Shown piece after piece: positions 33,872 to 42,569 of a DNA stretch of 63,567 nt. Under the pieces are notes generated by a model. It was given only the letters and a program-made list of their open reading frames with translations. It was not told where the DNA came from and made no database searches. Made by a program: the position numbers and the translations under genes. Source of the stretch: Kiritimatiellia bacterium (GTDB lineage: Bacteria; Verrucomicrobiota; Kiritimatiellia; CAIQIC01; Lenti-01); contig JAFYAC010000094.1 in NCBI GenBank assembly GCA_017540905.1, positions 1 to 63,567 of the forward strand, given 5' to 3'. Positions within the stretch are counted from its first letter, which is position 1. Each line of letters opens with the position of its first letter.

Positions 33872-36800
33872 TCACCAGCCGATTTCCAGCGAGGTGGGGG
33901 CGTCGGTTTCGCCCTCGGGGCCGCCGAACTGGGTGGCGACCTCCCAGCCGTTGCCGGAGGTGGCGAGGGTGACGGAGCCGTCGATGTCGGTGGCGAGGAT
34001 GTCGGCCTCCGGAAGCGCCTCTTCGGCGGCGCGCTTGGCGGCGCCATGGAGCTTGACGGCGGTCTTGTACTTGTCCTGCGTAACCGGGCGCGGGTTGCCG
34101 AACTCGAACACGACCGTTTCGGCACCCGTCTTCTTCAGCAGGCCGCCCGTGATTCCGGCCAGCCGCCCGTCGTAGTCGGAGGGCATCCCGACGGTGGTTT
34201 CTTCGAGCCCGGCGGTGCCGTGCGCGGGGGCGATGGCGACGGCGGCCGCGAGTTTGTCCGCGGGGGTGCGTTCCAGCAGGGCCTTCTGTTCGTCGAAGTC
34301 CAGGTCGCCGCAGACCAGCATGGCGTCGTCGCCGAAGGAGACGCGCAGGGTCAGCGGCGTCTCCGTGTCGCCGGCGACGGGGCCGAGAACCTCGATGGCG
34401 AAGGGCTTGCCTTCGACTTCGCACTCGAAGAGGCGGTCGCCGGCGCGCAGCACGCGCTTTTCGATGCCGGTCCCGCTGAAGCGGTGCCGCAGGCCCTGCC
34501 GCTTGGCGAGGATGGACGCGACTTCGGGCTCCTCGAGCGCTTTCGCCGCGGAAGCCGGGTACATCAGGCTGTCCACGTCGAGGTATTCGAGGATGGTCGG
34601 CGCCCCGGCGGTGTGTTCGGGCTCCGCGCTCGTCAGGATCAGCGCGTCCAGCCGCTTGACCTGCCGCGAGCACAGGTACGGCATGATGGTCCGCTCGGCG
34701 TCGTTGCGCCGCCCGCGGTCGCTCTGGACGAACGCGGTGTCCACGAGGATGGTCCGCCCGTCGGGCGTGCCGATGCAGATGGCGGAGCCGTAGCCGACGG
34801 AGAGGACGGCGACGTCGAGCTCGCCGTTGCGGCGCATCGCGGCCTTCTGGGCGCCCAGCCCGCAGCCGACCAGCACGACGGCGGCCAGCGCGGCGGCAAC
34901 GGCGAAGAGCCGCGCCGAAGGCGCCGCCCGGCGCCACCACGGCCGCGCGTGGCGGTACCACAGCGGCCGCCACCACACGAACAGCGCGCAGCACGCGTAG
35001 TAGGCGAACAGCCACGCCAGCGTCGGCTTCGTCACGAACGGGTACACGAACCACTTCGAGAAGTAGCGCCCGATCAGCAGGAAGCCCGTCGAGAAAATCC
35101 AGTTCGCCGCGTTCAGGAACAGCGCGATGTAGATGCCCACGCCCGGGATCAGCCCGATCAGCCCCGCCAGCATGCTCAGCTGCAGCACCACGCCCACCAG
35201 CGGGATCGCCAGCAGGTTCGCGTAGGCCCCCGCCACCGGCCAGCGGTAGAAATAGTACGCGCTCAGCGGGACCATCATCCCGATCTGCATCCCGAACTGC
35301 GCCGCGATGAACCCCGACACCGCCACCGGGATGTCCGCGAAACCGTAGTTGCCGATCGGCTCGAAGCCCGCCTTCTTCAGCGCCCGCGACAGCGCGAACA
35401 GCACCGCCGCCAGCACCGCGAACAGCACCCAGAACCGCACCGTCGTCGCCAGCAGCCAGTGCGCCGCGAACACCCACGTCAGCACCGCCACCAGGATGCA
35501 CAGCGCGATGAAGTCGTTGCCCTGCGCCTTCTTGAACAGGTCGAAGAACGGCTGCGTCAGCAGCGCCAGCGACAAAATCGCTCCGAACGACAGCGTGAAC
35601 GACGGGTCCACCGCCATCGCCGGGTTCTGCACCAGGATGATGAACGCCGCCACCGGCACGCCCAGCAGCGCGGAGGACCGCACCCCCTGGCCCATGTAGC
35701 CCCACGTCAGCAGGAACAGCGAGTTCATGATCACCGCGCGCAGCGTGCTCGGCCGCGCCCCCGTGATGATCGCGAACACCGTCAGCGCGAAGATCACGAA
35801 CGGCACGTACACCTTCTTCGAAATCTTCAGCAACGTGAAAATCCCCATGAACATCACCGTGATGATCGTCACGTGCAGCCCCGACACCGCCAGCACGTGG
35901 TTGATGCCCGACGCCTTGAACTCGTCCGCGATCAGCTCGTCGCTGTCGTCGCCGAAGTCCATCAGCGGCGGCACCACCGCCCCGTCGTAGTCGCCCGACG
36001 CGATCGACCGCGTGTTCTGCATCCCGTACCGCAGCCCCAGCGTCAGCGCGCCAAGGAATGCGCTGTTCGGCTGCGGCATCGTCTGCTTGATCACCCGCAC
36101 GATCTCGTCGCGCAGGTACAGCGAAAACTCGACCAGCCCGTTCCCCTTGCGCGGCTCCTCCGCCCCCTGCGGCACCACCACCTCCAGCCGGTCGCTCCCG
36201 CCGCCCTTCAGGCTCATCTGGCCGCCGATGTTGTAGTTGCGCAGGTACTTCGCCTGGTCGAACGACCCCTTCGTCGCGGCCCCCGACGGCGCGATCAGCT
36301 GCCCCCGCAGCGCCACGTCCCACCCGTACGCCGCGCTGCGCGCGATCTCCCCGTAGCCCGGCATCGCCGGGTCCACCGTCACCCGCACCGTCTGCCGGTC
36401 GATCGGGAAGTACGGCCCCTCCGGCTGGTACTGGATGAACTGCGGCGACACGCTCAGCACCGTCTTGAACGAATACACCCACGGGTCCGCCGCGATCCGC
36501 CCCAGCACCGCAACCGGCACCACGTTCCGCCCCCGGCGCGCGAACAGCGACACCGTGTTCACCGGCTTGACCACGTCGAACCGCGCCTTCGCCGGCGACG
36601 ACACCACCTCCACCGTCCCCAGCCGCGAATACGGCTGGTCCACCACCACCACCGTCCCCGCCGGCGACCCTTCCGGGATCACCACCTCGTTGCCCGGCTG
36701 CGGCAGCGTCGTCTTCGTGAACTGCCAGCGGCCCTCCGCGTCCATCGACGGAATCCCCCTGCCGTCCTTCACCGGCACCAGCGCGTCCGCCTCCCCGTGC

Positions 36801-37231
36801 AGCTTCAGCCGGATATCCCCCTCCGCCTTCTCCGCCAGCCGGATCGCCAGGAACCCCGTCCCGCCCAGCTCCCGCGGCTCCTCCGCCGAAACCTTCCCGC
36901 CCGACACCGTCACCCGCGCCACCAGCCGGTCCGGCGACTGGATCATCGCCAGGTACCGCGTGTAGCCGAACACGAGCGCCGCCGCCAGCACCAGCACCCA
37001 CACCCCCGCCTGGAGGCCGTCGAACCGGAACGGCGCGTCGTACACGCTCTCGCTCTCCACCGGCGGACGCCACTTCCGCAGCAGCACCAGCCCCGCCGCC
37101 GCCAACGCCCCCAGCAGGACCGTCAGCGTCCAGAGCGGCGCCAGCGCGCCCCCTCCCGCGGGGAACGCCATCGCCAGCGCGATGCCGATGATGAACAGAT
37201 AGCAGAAACCGACGAGCTTGTTCTGGGTCAT
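33872..37231 (-). CDS. comEC: ComEC/Rec2-family DNA internalisation protein with C-terminal metallo-beta-lactamase domain (1119 aa)
   Basis: FLGALTLGLRYGM...FKASGINHVLAVSGLHVTII is the competence domain. It has many transmembrane helices. The C-terminal LDVAVLSVGYGSAICIGTPDGRTILVDT...LILTSAEPEHTAG is the MBL domain. Confidence 0.9.
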   Translation of the reverse strand: MTQNKLVGFCYLFIIGIALAMAFPAGGGALAPLWTLTVLLGALAAAGLVLLRKWRPPVESESVYDAPFRFDGLQAGVWVLVLAAALVFGYTRYLAMIQSPDRLVARVTVSGGKVSAEEPRELGGTGFLAIRLAEKAEGDIRLKLHGEADALVPVKDGRGIPSMDAEGRWQFTKTTLPQPGNEVVIPEGSPAGTVVVVDQPYSRLGTVEVVSSPAKARFDVVKPVNTVSLFARRGRNVVPVAVLGRIAADPWVYSFKTVLSVSPQFIQYQPEGPYFPIDRQTVRVTVDPAMPGYGEIARSAAYGWDVALRGQLIAPSGAATKGSFDQAKYLRNYNIGGQMSLKGGGSDRLEVVVPQGAEEPRKGNGLVEFSLYLRDEIVRVIKQTMPQPNSAFLGALTLGLRYGMQNTRSIASGDYDGAVVPPLMDFGDDSDELIADEFKASGINHVLAVSGLHVTIITVMFMGIFTLLKISKKVYVPFVIFALTVFAIITGARPSTLRAVIMNSLFLLTWGYMGQGVRSSALLGVPVAAFIILVQNPAMAVDPSFTLSFGAILSLALLTQPFFDLFKKAQGNDFIALCILVAVLTWVFAAHWLLATTVRFWVLFAVLAAVLFALSRALKKAGFEPIGNYGFADIPVAVSGFIAAQFGMQIGMMVPLSAYYFYRWPVAGAYANLLAIPLVGVVLQLSMLAGLIGLIPGVGIYIALFLNAANWIFSTGFLLIGRYFSKWFVYPFVTKPTLAWLFAYYACCALFVWWRPLWYRHARPWWRRAAPSARLFAVAAALAAVVLVGCGLGAQKAAMRRNGELDVAVLSVGYGSAICIGTPDGRTILVDTAFVQSDRGRRNDAERTIMPYLCSRQVKRLDALILTSAEPEHTAGAPTILEYLDVDSLMYPASAAKALEEPEVASILAKRQGLRHRFSGTGIEKRVLRAGDRLFECEVEGKPFAIEVLGPVAGDTETPLTLRVSFGDDAMLVCGDLDFDEQKALLERTPADKLAAAVAIAPAHGTAGLEETTVGMPSDYDGRLAGITGGLLKKTGAETVVFEFGNPRPVTQDKYKTAVKLHGAAKRAAEEALPEADILATDIDGSVTLATSGNGWEVATQFGGPEGETDAPTSLEIGW

Positions 37232-37298
37232 GGGAAGCCTTTCCGTTGCAGGCGCAAACTAAACAACCATTCCGTAAAACACGAAAACCGCGGGAAAA

Positions 37299-37538
37299 TC
37301 AGATGGCCGGGGCCGTTTCGGCGGACGTTTCGGCCGCCGGGGAGGCCGCCGGCGCGTCGGGGAGGGACACGTCGGGATAATAATCCTTGTTGGCCTTCCA
37401 GATCGGCGATTCCGCGGGCTGGCCCTTCGCGATGGAGACCAACGCCTTGCGGTACGCCGGATGGACCCCCACCACCACCGCCCCCAGCAGCAGCGCCACG
37501 CACAAAATCACCAGCAACGACCTCGACCCTTGCTCCAT
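37299..37538 (-). CDS. Small single-pass membrane protein (hypothetical), immediately upstream of comEC
   Basis: MEQGSRSLLVILCVALLLGAVVVGV... I use the ATG at 37538; the track start at 37586 is a TTG. Confidence 0.5.
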   Translation of the reverse strand: MEQGSRSLLVILCVALLLGAVVVGVHPAYRKALVSIAKGQPAESPIWKANKDYYPDVSLPDAPAASPAAETSAETAPAI

Positions 37539-37796
37539 GCCTGACCTCTTCCTTTTCCGTCGGCCCGCACCGCGCGGACCCTTCAAATCTCGTTTGTTGA
37601 CGGTTCGACTCTACCCCATCCCCCCCCCCAATGCAACGCCCCACCCCCGCCCCCCGGTAAACCGTTTTCCCTCCCCTCCCGCCATGCCGTGAGATTACAG
37701 AAAATGCGAGCATTTCCCTCCCATCGCGCCAACGTTGTCCGCCTGAACATTTTGCGGGCCGCCCAAGGCAAAGCGTCATGCCGTCCGGGGGGAATG

Positions 37797-37894
37797 GAGG
37801 GCCCGGCTTCGTCCGGGCCGTGCCCATTGGGCGCCACGGGAACACGGCAGAGACGGGCTTCCCCGCACGGCCGCGACAAAGCGCGCCCCTCCCC
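37797..37894 (+). repeat. Family H1 hairpin repeat
   Basis: GGAGGGCCCGGCTTCGTCCGGGCC...GGCCGCGACAAAGCGCGCCCCTCCCC. Confidence 0.8.
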
Positions 37895-38013
37895 ATGGAG
37901 ATTCCACAGGGAGGGGCGCGCTTCCGGGCGACCTTGCGGCGGGGAGTCGGGCCGGAACGGCAACGAACCGGCATTCAGCCCCGTTTTTCCCCCGTTGCCG
38001 TCCCCCCTCTTTG

Positions 38014-38799
38014 TCAGTCCAGCAACCCCGGGAACGCCTTGCGGACGCGGTCCGCGAGATCCTTGGCGTCGCCCTTGCCGCTGACGGCTTCCAGCAGGGC
38101 CAGGACGTCCGCGCCCGAGACGTTGTACATCGTGGTGCTGCTCTTCTTGAGCTTCGCGCTCGCGCTGCGGTACGTCAGCACCTTGCCGGCCCGCTTGCTG
38201 CCGTTGCGGATGCCGTCCAGCTCCGCTTCCAGGACCTCGCGCTCCTTGCCAGGCTCCGCGGCCATGACCGCCTTGCAGACGGACTTCGCCTTCGCCCAGC
38301 TGATGTCCCCGCGTTCCAGCATCGACCGGATCCGCGAGTCCATGCCGGGCGCGTACTTGAGGATGTCCTCGATCCACGCCTCGCTCTTGTCGAGGAACCG
38401 CGCGATCCGCGCCGTGTCCCAGTTGGCGTTCGCCATGAAGATCACCGCGTCGAAGTAGTCCGTGATCCGCGCGTCGAGCCGGTCGGCGTTGAGCTTGAGG
38501 TTGAGCGCCTGGATTTCGTCGAGGTCGCCGTGCACCACGCGCACGTCGATGCGGTCGAAGAAGCCCGGACGCGTCTCGCGGATGCGCCGGATGGCGTTGT
38601 AGCGGTGGAACCCGCCCACCAGGTAGAACTCGCCCGGATTGCGTTCCCAGACCACGAGCGGCTCCAGCAGCCCGTTGCGCGCGATGTCTTCCGCGTAGTG
38701 CGCCACCTTCGTCTCGTTGAGCGGACGGTGGTTCGCCACCGAGGGATGCAGGTGGATCTGGTCGATTCCCACGTAGTCGAAGCGTTTGGTTGTCAACAT
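38014..38799 (-). CDS. ParB/Srx N-terminal-domain (ParB-like nuclease/partition fold) protein with central HTH; stand-alone
   Basis: LEPLVVWERNPGEFYLVGGFHRYNAIRRI is the ParB-N GxxHR-type motif. TARIARFLDKSEAWIEDILKY is HTH-like. I recognise no ParA/Soj-like gene in the window. Confidence 0.8.
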   Translation of the reverse strand: MLTTKRFDYVGIDQIHLHPSVANHRPLNETKVAHYAEDIARNGLLEPLVVWERNPGEFYLVGGFHRYNAIRRIRETRPGFFDRIDVRVVHGDLDEIQALNLKLNADRLDARITDYFDAVIFMANANWDTARIARFLDKSEAWIEDILKYAPGMDSRIRSMLERGDISWAKAKSVCKAVMAAEPGKEREVLEAELDGIRNGSKRAGKVLTYRSASAKLKKSSTTMYNVSGADVLALLEAVSGKGDAKDLADRVRKAFPGLLD

Positions 38800-38832
38800 G
38801 GCCGATTCCTTTCGTTGTCAAAATTCGCGCCC

Positions 38833-38861
38833 ACCCTACCACACCCCCGCCAAAAAGTAAA
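38833..38861 (-). promoter_or_regulatory. Candidate promoter TTTACT-17-TAGGGT with TGTGG extended -10, upstream of the ParB-like gene
   Basis: The minus strand reads TTTACT TTTTGGCGGGGGTGTGG TAGGGT. The -10 element lies about 34 nt before the ATG at 38799. Confidence 0.4.
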
Positions 38862-39058
38862 ACGTTTTAGCACGGACGGCGCCACGGACCGGCAATCCGC
38901 CCGGAATCGCGCAAAACGCCTTGTTTTTCCGTAATCTCATCGCTCCGTCCCCGGCCAGCCCTCCGTTCACTTCACCCAATTTCCACCCCCGTGCCCCCGG
39001 CCATCCCCTCCCCATCATCCCATCCCCTGTACGCCCGCGCAGCGGGCGCACCGCCCTC

Positions 39059-39093
39059 TCGTCACTCGTCTCTCGTCACTCGTCACTCGTCAC
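39059..39093. repeat. Heptanucleotide microsatellite (TCGTCAC)x5, one variant unit
   Basis: TCGTCAC TCGTCTC TCGTCAC TCGTCAC TCGTCAC abuts the stop codon (39094-39096) of the GH172 gene. Confidence 0.9.
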
Positions 39094-41337
39094 TCAGGGG
39101 AACACGACCCTGGCCCGGTACACGGCCGTCCCTTCCGCCGGCTTGTCGCCGGTCGGCCGCACCCCCACCGCGCGCGACTGCATCCCGATCCACGGGTCCA
39201 CCGCCACCTGCACGTACGGCTCCTCCGGCGGCCCCTTCACCCCGGTTCCCTGCATCGCCGCCCAGCCCGAGTCGTCGAAGTCCGCCTCCACGGCCTCCCC
39301 GGGCGGATCGATGGCGAACTTCCAGTCCGCCTCCGTCCCGGCGAACCAGTCCCCCTTGCGCATCGCGAGGAGCACCCAGTCCGGATACGCCTGCAGCGCC
39401 GTGCGGATGGCCACCAAATGCTCCCCCGCCGGCGGCTTGACCGCCGCGACCGCCGCCTCCGCAGGATCCCCGGCCCGCAGCACGCACTCCCCGTCGATGA
39501 AGAGCTCCGCCGGCATGTTCGCCCAGAGCAGCGCCGTGACGCTCTCCCCGGCCCGTTCCGACCGCAGCACCTCCGCCGCCTCCCGCACCTTCGGGTCGGC
39601 GTCCTCCAGGAACGGCGCCAGCGTCCCGGCCTCCCGCGACCCGGCGATTGCCTCGCCGTAGAGCGCCAGCCGCAGCTCCGCCATCCGCCGCGCGCCGGGC
39701 GTCCAGCCCGGGCCCTCGGTGGCGAGCCGCCGCGCGAACTCGTCGCGCGCCCCCGTCCAGTCGCCGAAGCGCTCCGCGTTCCAGGCGGCGGCCATGGCGT
39801 TGAAGGGATCCAGGCGCGGGTCGGTCGGCGTCTTCCGGTATCCCGGCGCGAGCCGGGCCGAGTCCGCCCGCGCCGGCTCCTTCAGGTAGTACCACGCCGT
39901 GCTCTCGAAATACGCGTGCGAAACATTGTCCGGCCCCCGCTCGAACTCCATGTCCAGCGACTGCGCGAACACCGACGGGTCGGCCGCGTGCACCCGGTAC
40001 TGCACCGTGCGGAACGGCTCCTTGGCGAGCAGCCCGTGCGTCGGCGCGGCCATCACGTTCTGGTAGTACCAGCCGCCGTTGAAGTAATCCTCCAGCCCCG
40101 TCCCCCGCCAGCCCGGCGCCGTTTCCGCGTCCTTGCGGATCGTCTCGTCGCCCTCCAGCGCCCAGTACGACCCGTCGAGCGTGCACACCGCGAGCAGGCA
40201 CCCCACGTACTTCCCTTCCCCCCGCGCGTGCAGGACCGGGTGCGGCGACCCGACCTCCTTGAGCCCGCTCCGCTTCCAGGCCGCGTGGAAGCGGCCCAGC
40301 CCCTTGAGCTCGCGCCGCCCGACCGCCTCCCGCACCGCGCGCACGCGCACCGGGACCTTCCCGTACTTCCCGGAATCCAGCCGCACCTCCATCCCGTCCG
40401 CGAACGGCATCGGGAACGCGCAGAACAGCTCCTCCCCCTCCATCCCGAAGTACAGCGACTTCGCCCGCACCCTCCGCCACGGCATCCCGCACAAATCCCC
40501 GAGCGGCGCCCACACGCTCTCCTCCTGCGCGCCGCCGTACCGGACGCCCACCCGCATCTCGCGGAGCAGCGCATCCCGTTCCCCTTCCGGCACCAACCCC
40601 CACTCCGGCTCGAACCCCAGCCGCCGCACCACCCCGCGCCCCTCCAACTCCATCACCGGCGATTCCGCCGACAGCACCGCCTCCACCGTCTCCGTCCCCG
40701 CGCCCGCGGGAAAACCCTCCGACCAGACCTCCCGCAGCCGTGCGAGCGCCGCCCGGTCCCGGTCCGGCAACGGCCACGCGAAGGATTCCACCTCCGTCCC
40801 CGGCGGCAGCTTCGTTTCCGAGAGCTGGAAATACGGCTTGGCGCCCTCGGGCCCGGCCTCGCATTCCACGCGCAGGCTCTTCGCGTAGGGCATCGGCACG
40901 AACGAATGCCAGCAGTAGTTCGCGTACTCCGCCAGCGGCGCCGCGAACGGCTCCATCCCGCCCCCGCACCACTCCTTCACATCGCCCCCGAACCTCGCCT
41001 CCGCCTCCCCGTCGAAGAAGAACCGGAACCGGAACGGCAACCCGTCCTTCGCGCCCGTGAACCAGAACCGCGTCAGGACCCCGGGCCCCTGGAGGTCGGC
41101 GACGACCTTCCACCCCGGCTCCGCCGAATCCCGGAGGAACGTCCCCCAGTCGTCGTTCCCGCCCGTGCGGTCCCAAGACGAATGCATCACCGTGTCCCGC
41201 CCGTCCATGCGCGCGATGGACAGCGGATCCGCCAACCGTTCCGCCTCCGTCGCCACCGACACCGGCGCCCGGCCGCACCCCGCCGCGAACGCCATCCCCC
41301 CGGCCACCACCAACAACTCGAACAACAACTTCTTCAT
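39094..41337 (-). CDS. DUF2961 / glycoside hydrolase family 172-like lipoprotein with extra C-terminal domains
   Basis: The lipobox is MAFAAGC. HSSWDRTGGNDDWGTF, GPGVLTRFWFTG, YWALEGDE and FNGGWYYQ are DUF2961 hallmarks. Confidence 0.8.
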   Translation of the reverse strand: MKKLLFELLVVAGGMAFAAGCGRAPVSVATEAERLADPLSIARMDGRDTVMHSSWDRTGGNDDWGTFLRDSAEPGWKVVADLQGPGVLTRFWFTGAKDGLPFRFRFFFDGEAEARFGGDVKEWCGGGMEPFAAPLAEYANYCWHSFVPMPYAKSLRVECEAGPEGAKPYFQLSETKLPPGTEVESFAWPLPDRDRAALARLREVWSEGFPAGAGTETVEAVLSAESPVMELEGRGVVRRLGFEPEWGLVPEGERDALLREMRVGVRYGGAQEESVWAPLGDLCGMPWRRVRAKSLYFGMEGEELFCAFPMPFADGMEVRLDSGKYGKVPVRVRAVREAVGRRELKGLGRFHAAWKRSGLKEVGSPHPVLHARGEGKYVGCLLAVCTLDGSYWALEGDETIRKDAETAPGWRGTGLEDYFNGGWYYQNVMAAPTHGLLAKEPFRTVQYRVHAADPSVFAQSLDMEFERGPDNVSHAYFESTAWYYLKEPARADSARLAPGYRKTPTDPRLDPFNAMAAAWNAERFGDWTGARDEFARRLATEGPGWTPGARRMAELRLALYGEAIAGSREAGTLAPFLEDADPKVREAAEVLRSERAGESVTALLWANMPAELFIDGECVLRAGDPAEAAVAAVKPPAGEHLVAIRTALQAYPDWVLLAMRKGDWFAGTEADWKFAIDPPGEAVEADFDDSGWAAMQGTGVKGPPEEPYVQVAVDPWIGMQSRAVGVRPTGDKPAEGTAVYRARVVFP

Positions 41338-41412
41338 GCCCCCCTTCTATCCCCCCACCCCCTCCCCGCGCAACCCAATTCGCCCGGACCGCCCCCGATC
41401 CGCCGCCCCCGG

Positions 41413-41506
41413 TTTTTCCAACCATTGGAAAAAAGTTTTCCAACCATTGGAAAAATCCCCGCAGTTTTTCCAACCATTGGAAACTTTTTTTCCAATCATT
41501 GGAAAA
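41413..41506. promoter_or_regulatory. Array of four 19-bp palindromes TTTTCCAA-CCA-TTGGAAAA (candidate operator array) upstream of the GH172 gene
   Basis: The copies are at 41413-41434, 41436-41455, 41465-41483 and 41485-41506; the fourth reads CCAATCATTGG. Core-to-core spacing is 22, 30 and 22 bp. The array lies 76-169 nt upstream of the ATG at 41337. Confidence 0.6.
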
Positions 41507-41590
41507 CCTCTTCCGCCCCCCATCAATCCATGCCATGAGATTACAGAAAAATCAATATTTTCCAACGGCATTCCAACACGTTCACCACCA

Positions 41591-41618
41591 TGAAAAAAGC
41601 CGCGCGAACCGCGCGGCC
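41591..41618 (-). terminator. Rho-independent terminator (minus strand)
   Basis: The minus strand reads GCCGCGCGGTTCGCGCGGC followed by TTTTTT. It abuts the left target-site duplication of the FB2 element. Confidence 0.55.
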
Positions 41619-41624
41619 CATCCC

Positions 41625-41925
41625 GAATGCTGATCAGATAAGGTTTTTCCCTTGAGGGAGGGGCCTGCGGTGCCAAACACGGAGGGGAAGGAGGCACGGA
41701 GACACGGAGAGTTTTTGGATGGAGCGTTTGTTGGAGGAGACTTCGCTCCCGGAAAACGCCGGCCAAACGCGTGGGAGGGACGTTTTTGGAAGTGCGAAGC
41801 TCCTCCCTGGAAAATCTCCGTGTCTCCTTCCTCCGCGCGCTCCGTGTTTTGCGCCGCAGGCAGAGGAAAAAGGAGAGCGGGCGGGGTTGTTCCATGGGTG
41901 GGCGGAGCTTGTCTGATCAGCATTC
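41625..41925. mobile_element. Foldback MITE-like element FB2 (301 bp) with perfect 14-nt termini and an 11-bp target-site duplication
   Basis: It starts GAATGCTGATCAGA and ends TCTGATCAGCATTC. CGGCCCATCCC flanks it at 41614-41624 and 41926-41936. The internal arms are homologous in inverted orientation (CAAACACGGAGG / GGAAGGAGGCACGGAG). Confidence 0.8.
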
Positions 41926-42177
41926 CGGCCCATCCCCCCCCGCCCCCCTTTGGCCCGTCAGGTTTCCAGCCGCCGATGCCGAAGGCGCGGCAGACCTCGC
42001 CGATCGCCGTGCGAAAGGGGACGCACCACGATGCCAAGACGGAAACTGGGCGCGGCTGAAAGCCGCACCTCCCAAAAAGCGGATACGCCATTTCTTGAAC
42101 CGCTGGAAATCGCCGGAAAACCCCGTTTTTTCCATAATCTCACGCGGCCCTGGGACGTGGGTTCCTGACGCGCCGGA

Positions 42178-42495
42178 TCAGCGGGAGGGGGTGTCGAAGA
42201 AGGCTTCTCCGGCGTCCAGAAGGGCGTGGCCGGCGAGCGTGGTGAAGTACCAGAGGCGGGGGATGGCGTCCGCGGCGACGGCGGAAGGGGGGAGCGGGAC
42301 GAAGGTGCCGCCGCGGAATTCGTGGGCGGCCAGGTGGCCGGCGCGGACGAGGCGCAGGAGGGCGGCTCCGAGGTCGGCGGGGGCGACGGGGGCGCCTTGC
42401 GGGGCGGATTGGACGTCGTCGCGGATGGAGGCGGCGTTCTCCCAGTCGTCGCAGGCGGCATTCAGCACCAGCAGGTCCAGGTTGTGCGGGTCCAT
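42178..42495 (-). CDS. Hypothetical protein (105 aa)
   Basis: The product begins [28 protein letters not shown] and ends [28 protein letters not shown]3 bias is good and I recognise no family. It is the C-terminal end of shadow track ORF 42178..43302. Confidence 0.55.
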   Translation of the reverse strand: MDPHNLDLLVLNAACDDWENAASIRDDVQSAPQGAPVAPADLGAALLRLVRAGHLAAHEFRGGTFVPLPPSAVAADAIPRLWYFTTLAGHALLDAGEAFFDTPSR

Positions 42496-42516
42496 GGAGG
42501 TCCTTTCTCCGGACAC

Positions 42517-42548
42517 GGAAAAGGCCGCCGGGGGTGCCGGCGGCCTCG
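42517..42548 (-). terminator. Rho-independent terminator after pnp
   Basis: The minus strand reads GGCCGCCGGCACCCCCGGCGGCC followed by TTTTCC. Confidence 0.6.
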
Positions 42549-42569
42549 TGGCAGGGGCTGGCTGCGGGA

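Noticed and set aside
37688-38941. Chromosomal parABS partition locus
   Set aside because: I recognise no ParA/Soj ATPase gene adjacent or elsewhere in the window. The protein has GGFHR rather than the canonical chromosomal ParB arginine-finger box, as far as I can read it. The neighbourhood is not origin-like.
41413-41506. Possible CRISPR array (regularly spaced palindromic repeats)
   Set aside because: There are only four units of about 19 bp separated by 1-9 nt, so there are no spacer-length unique sequences. I recognised no cas genes in the window. The array fits an operator array better. I saw no CRISPR array elsewhere in the window.
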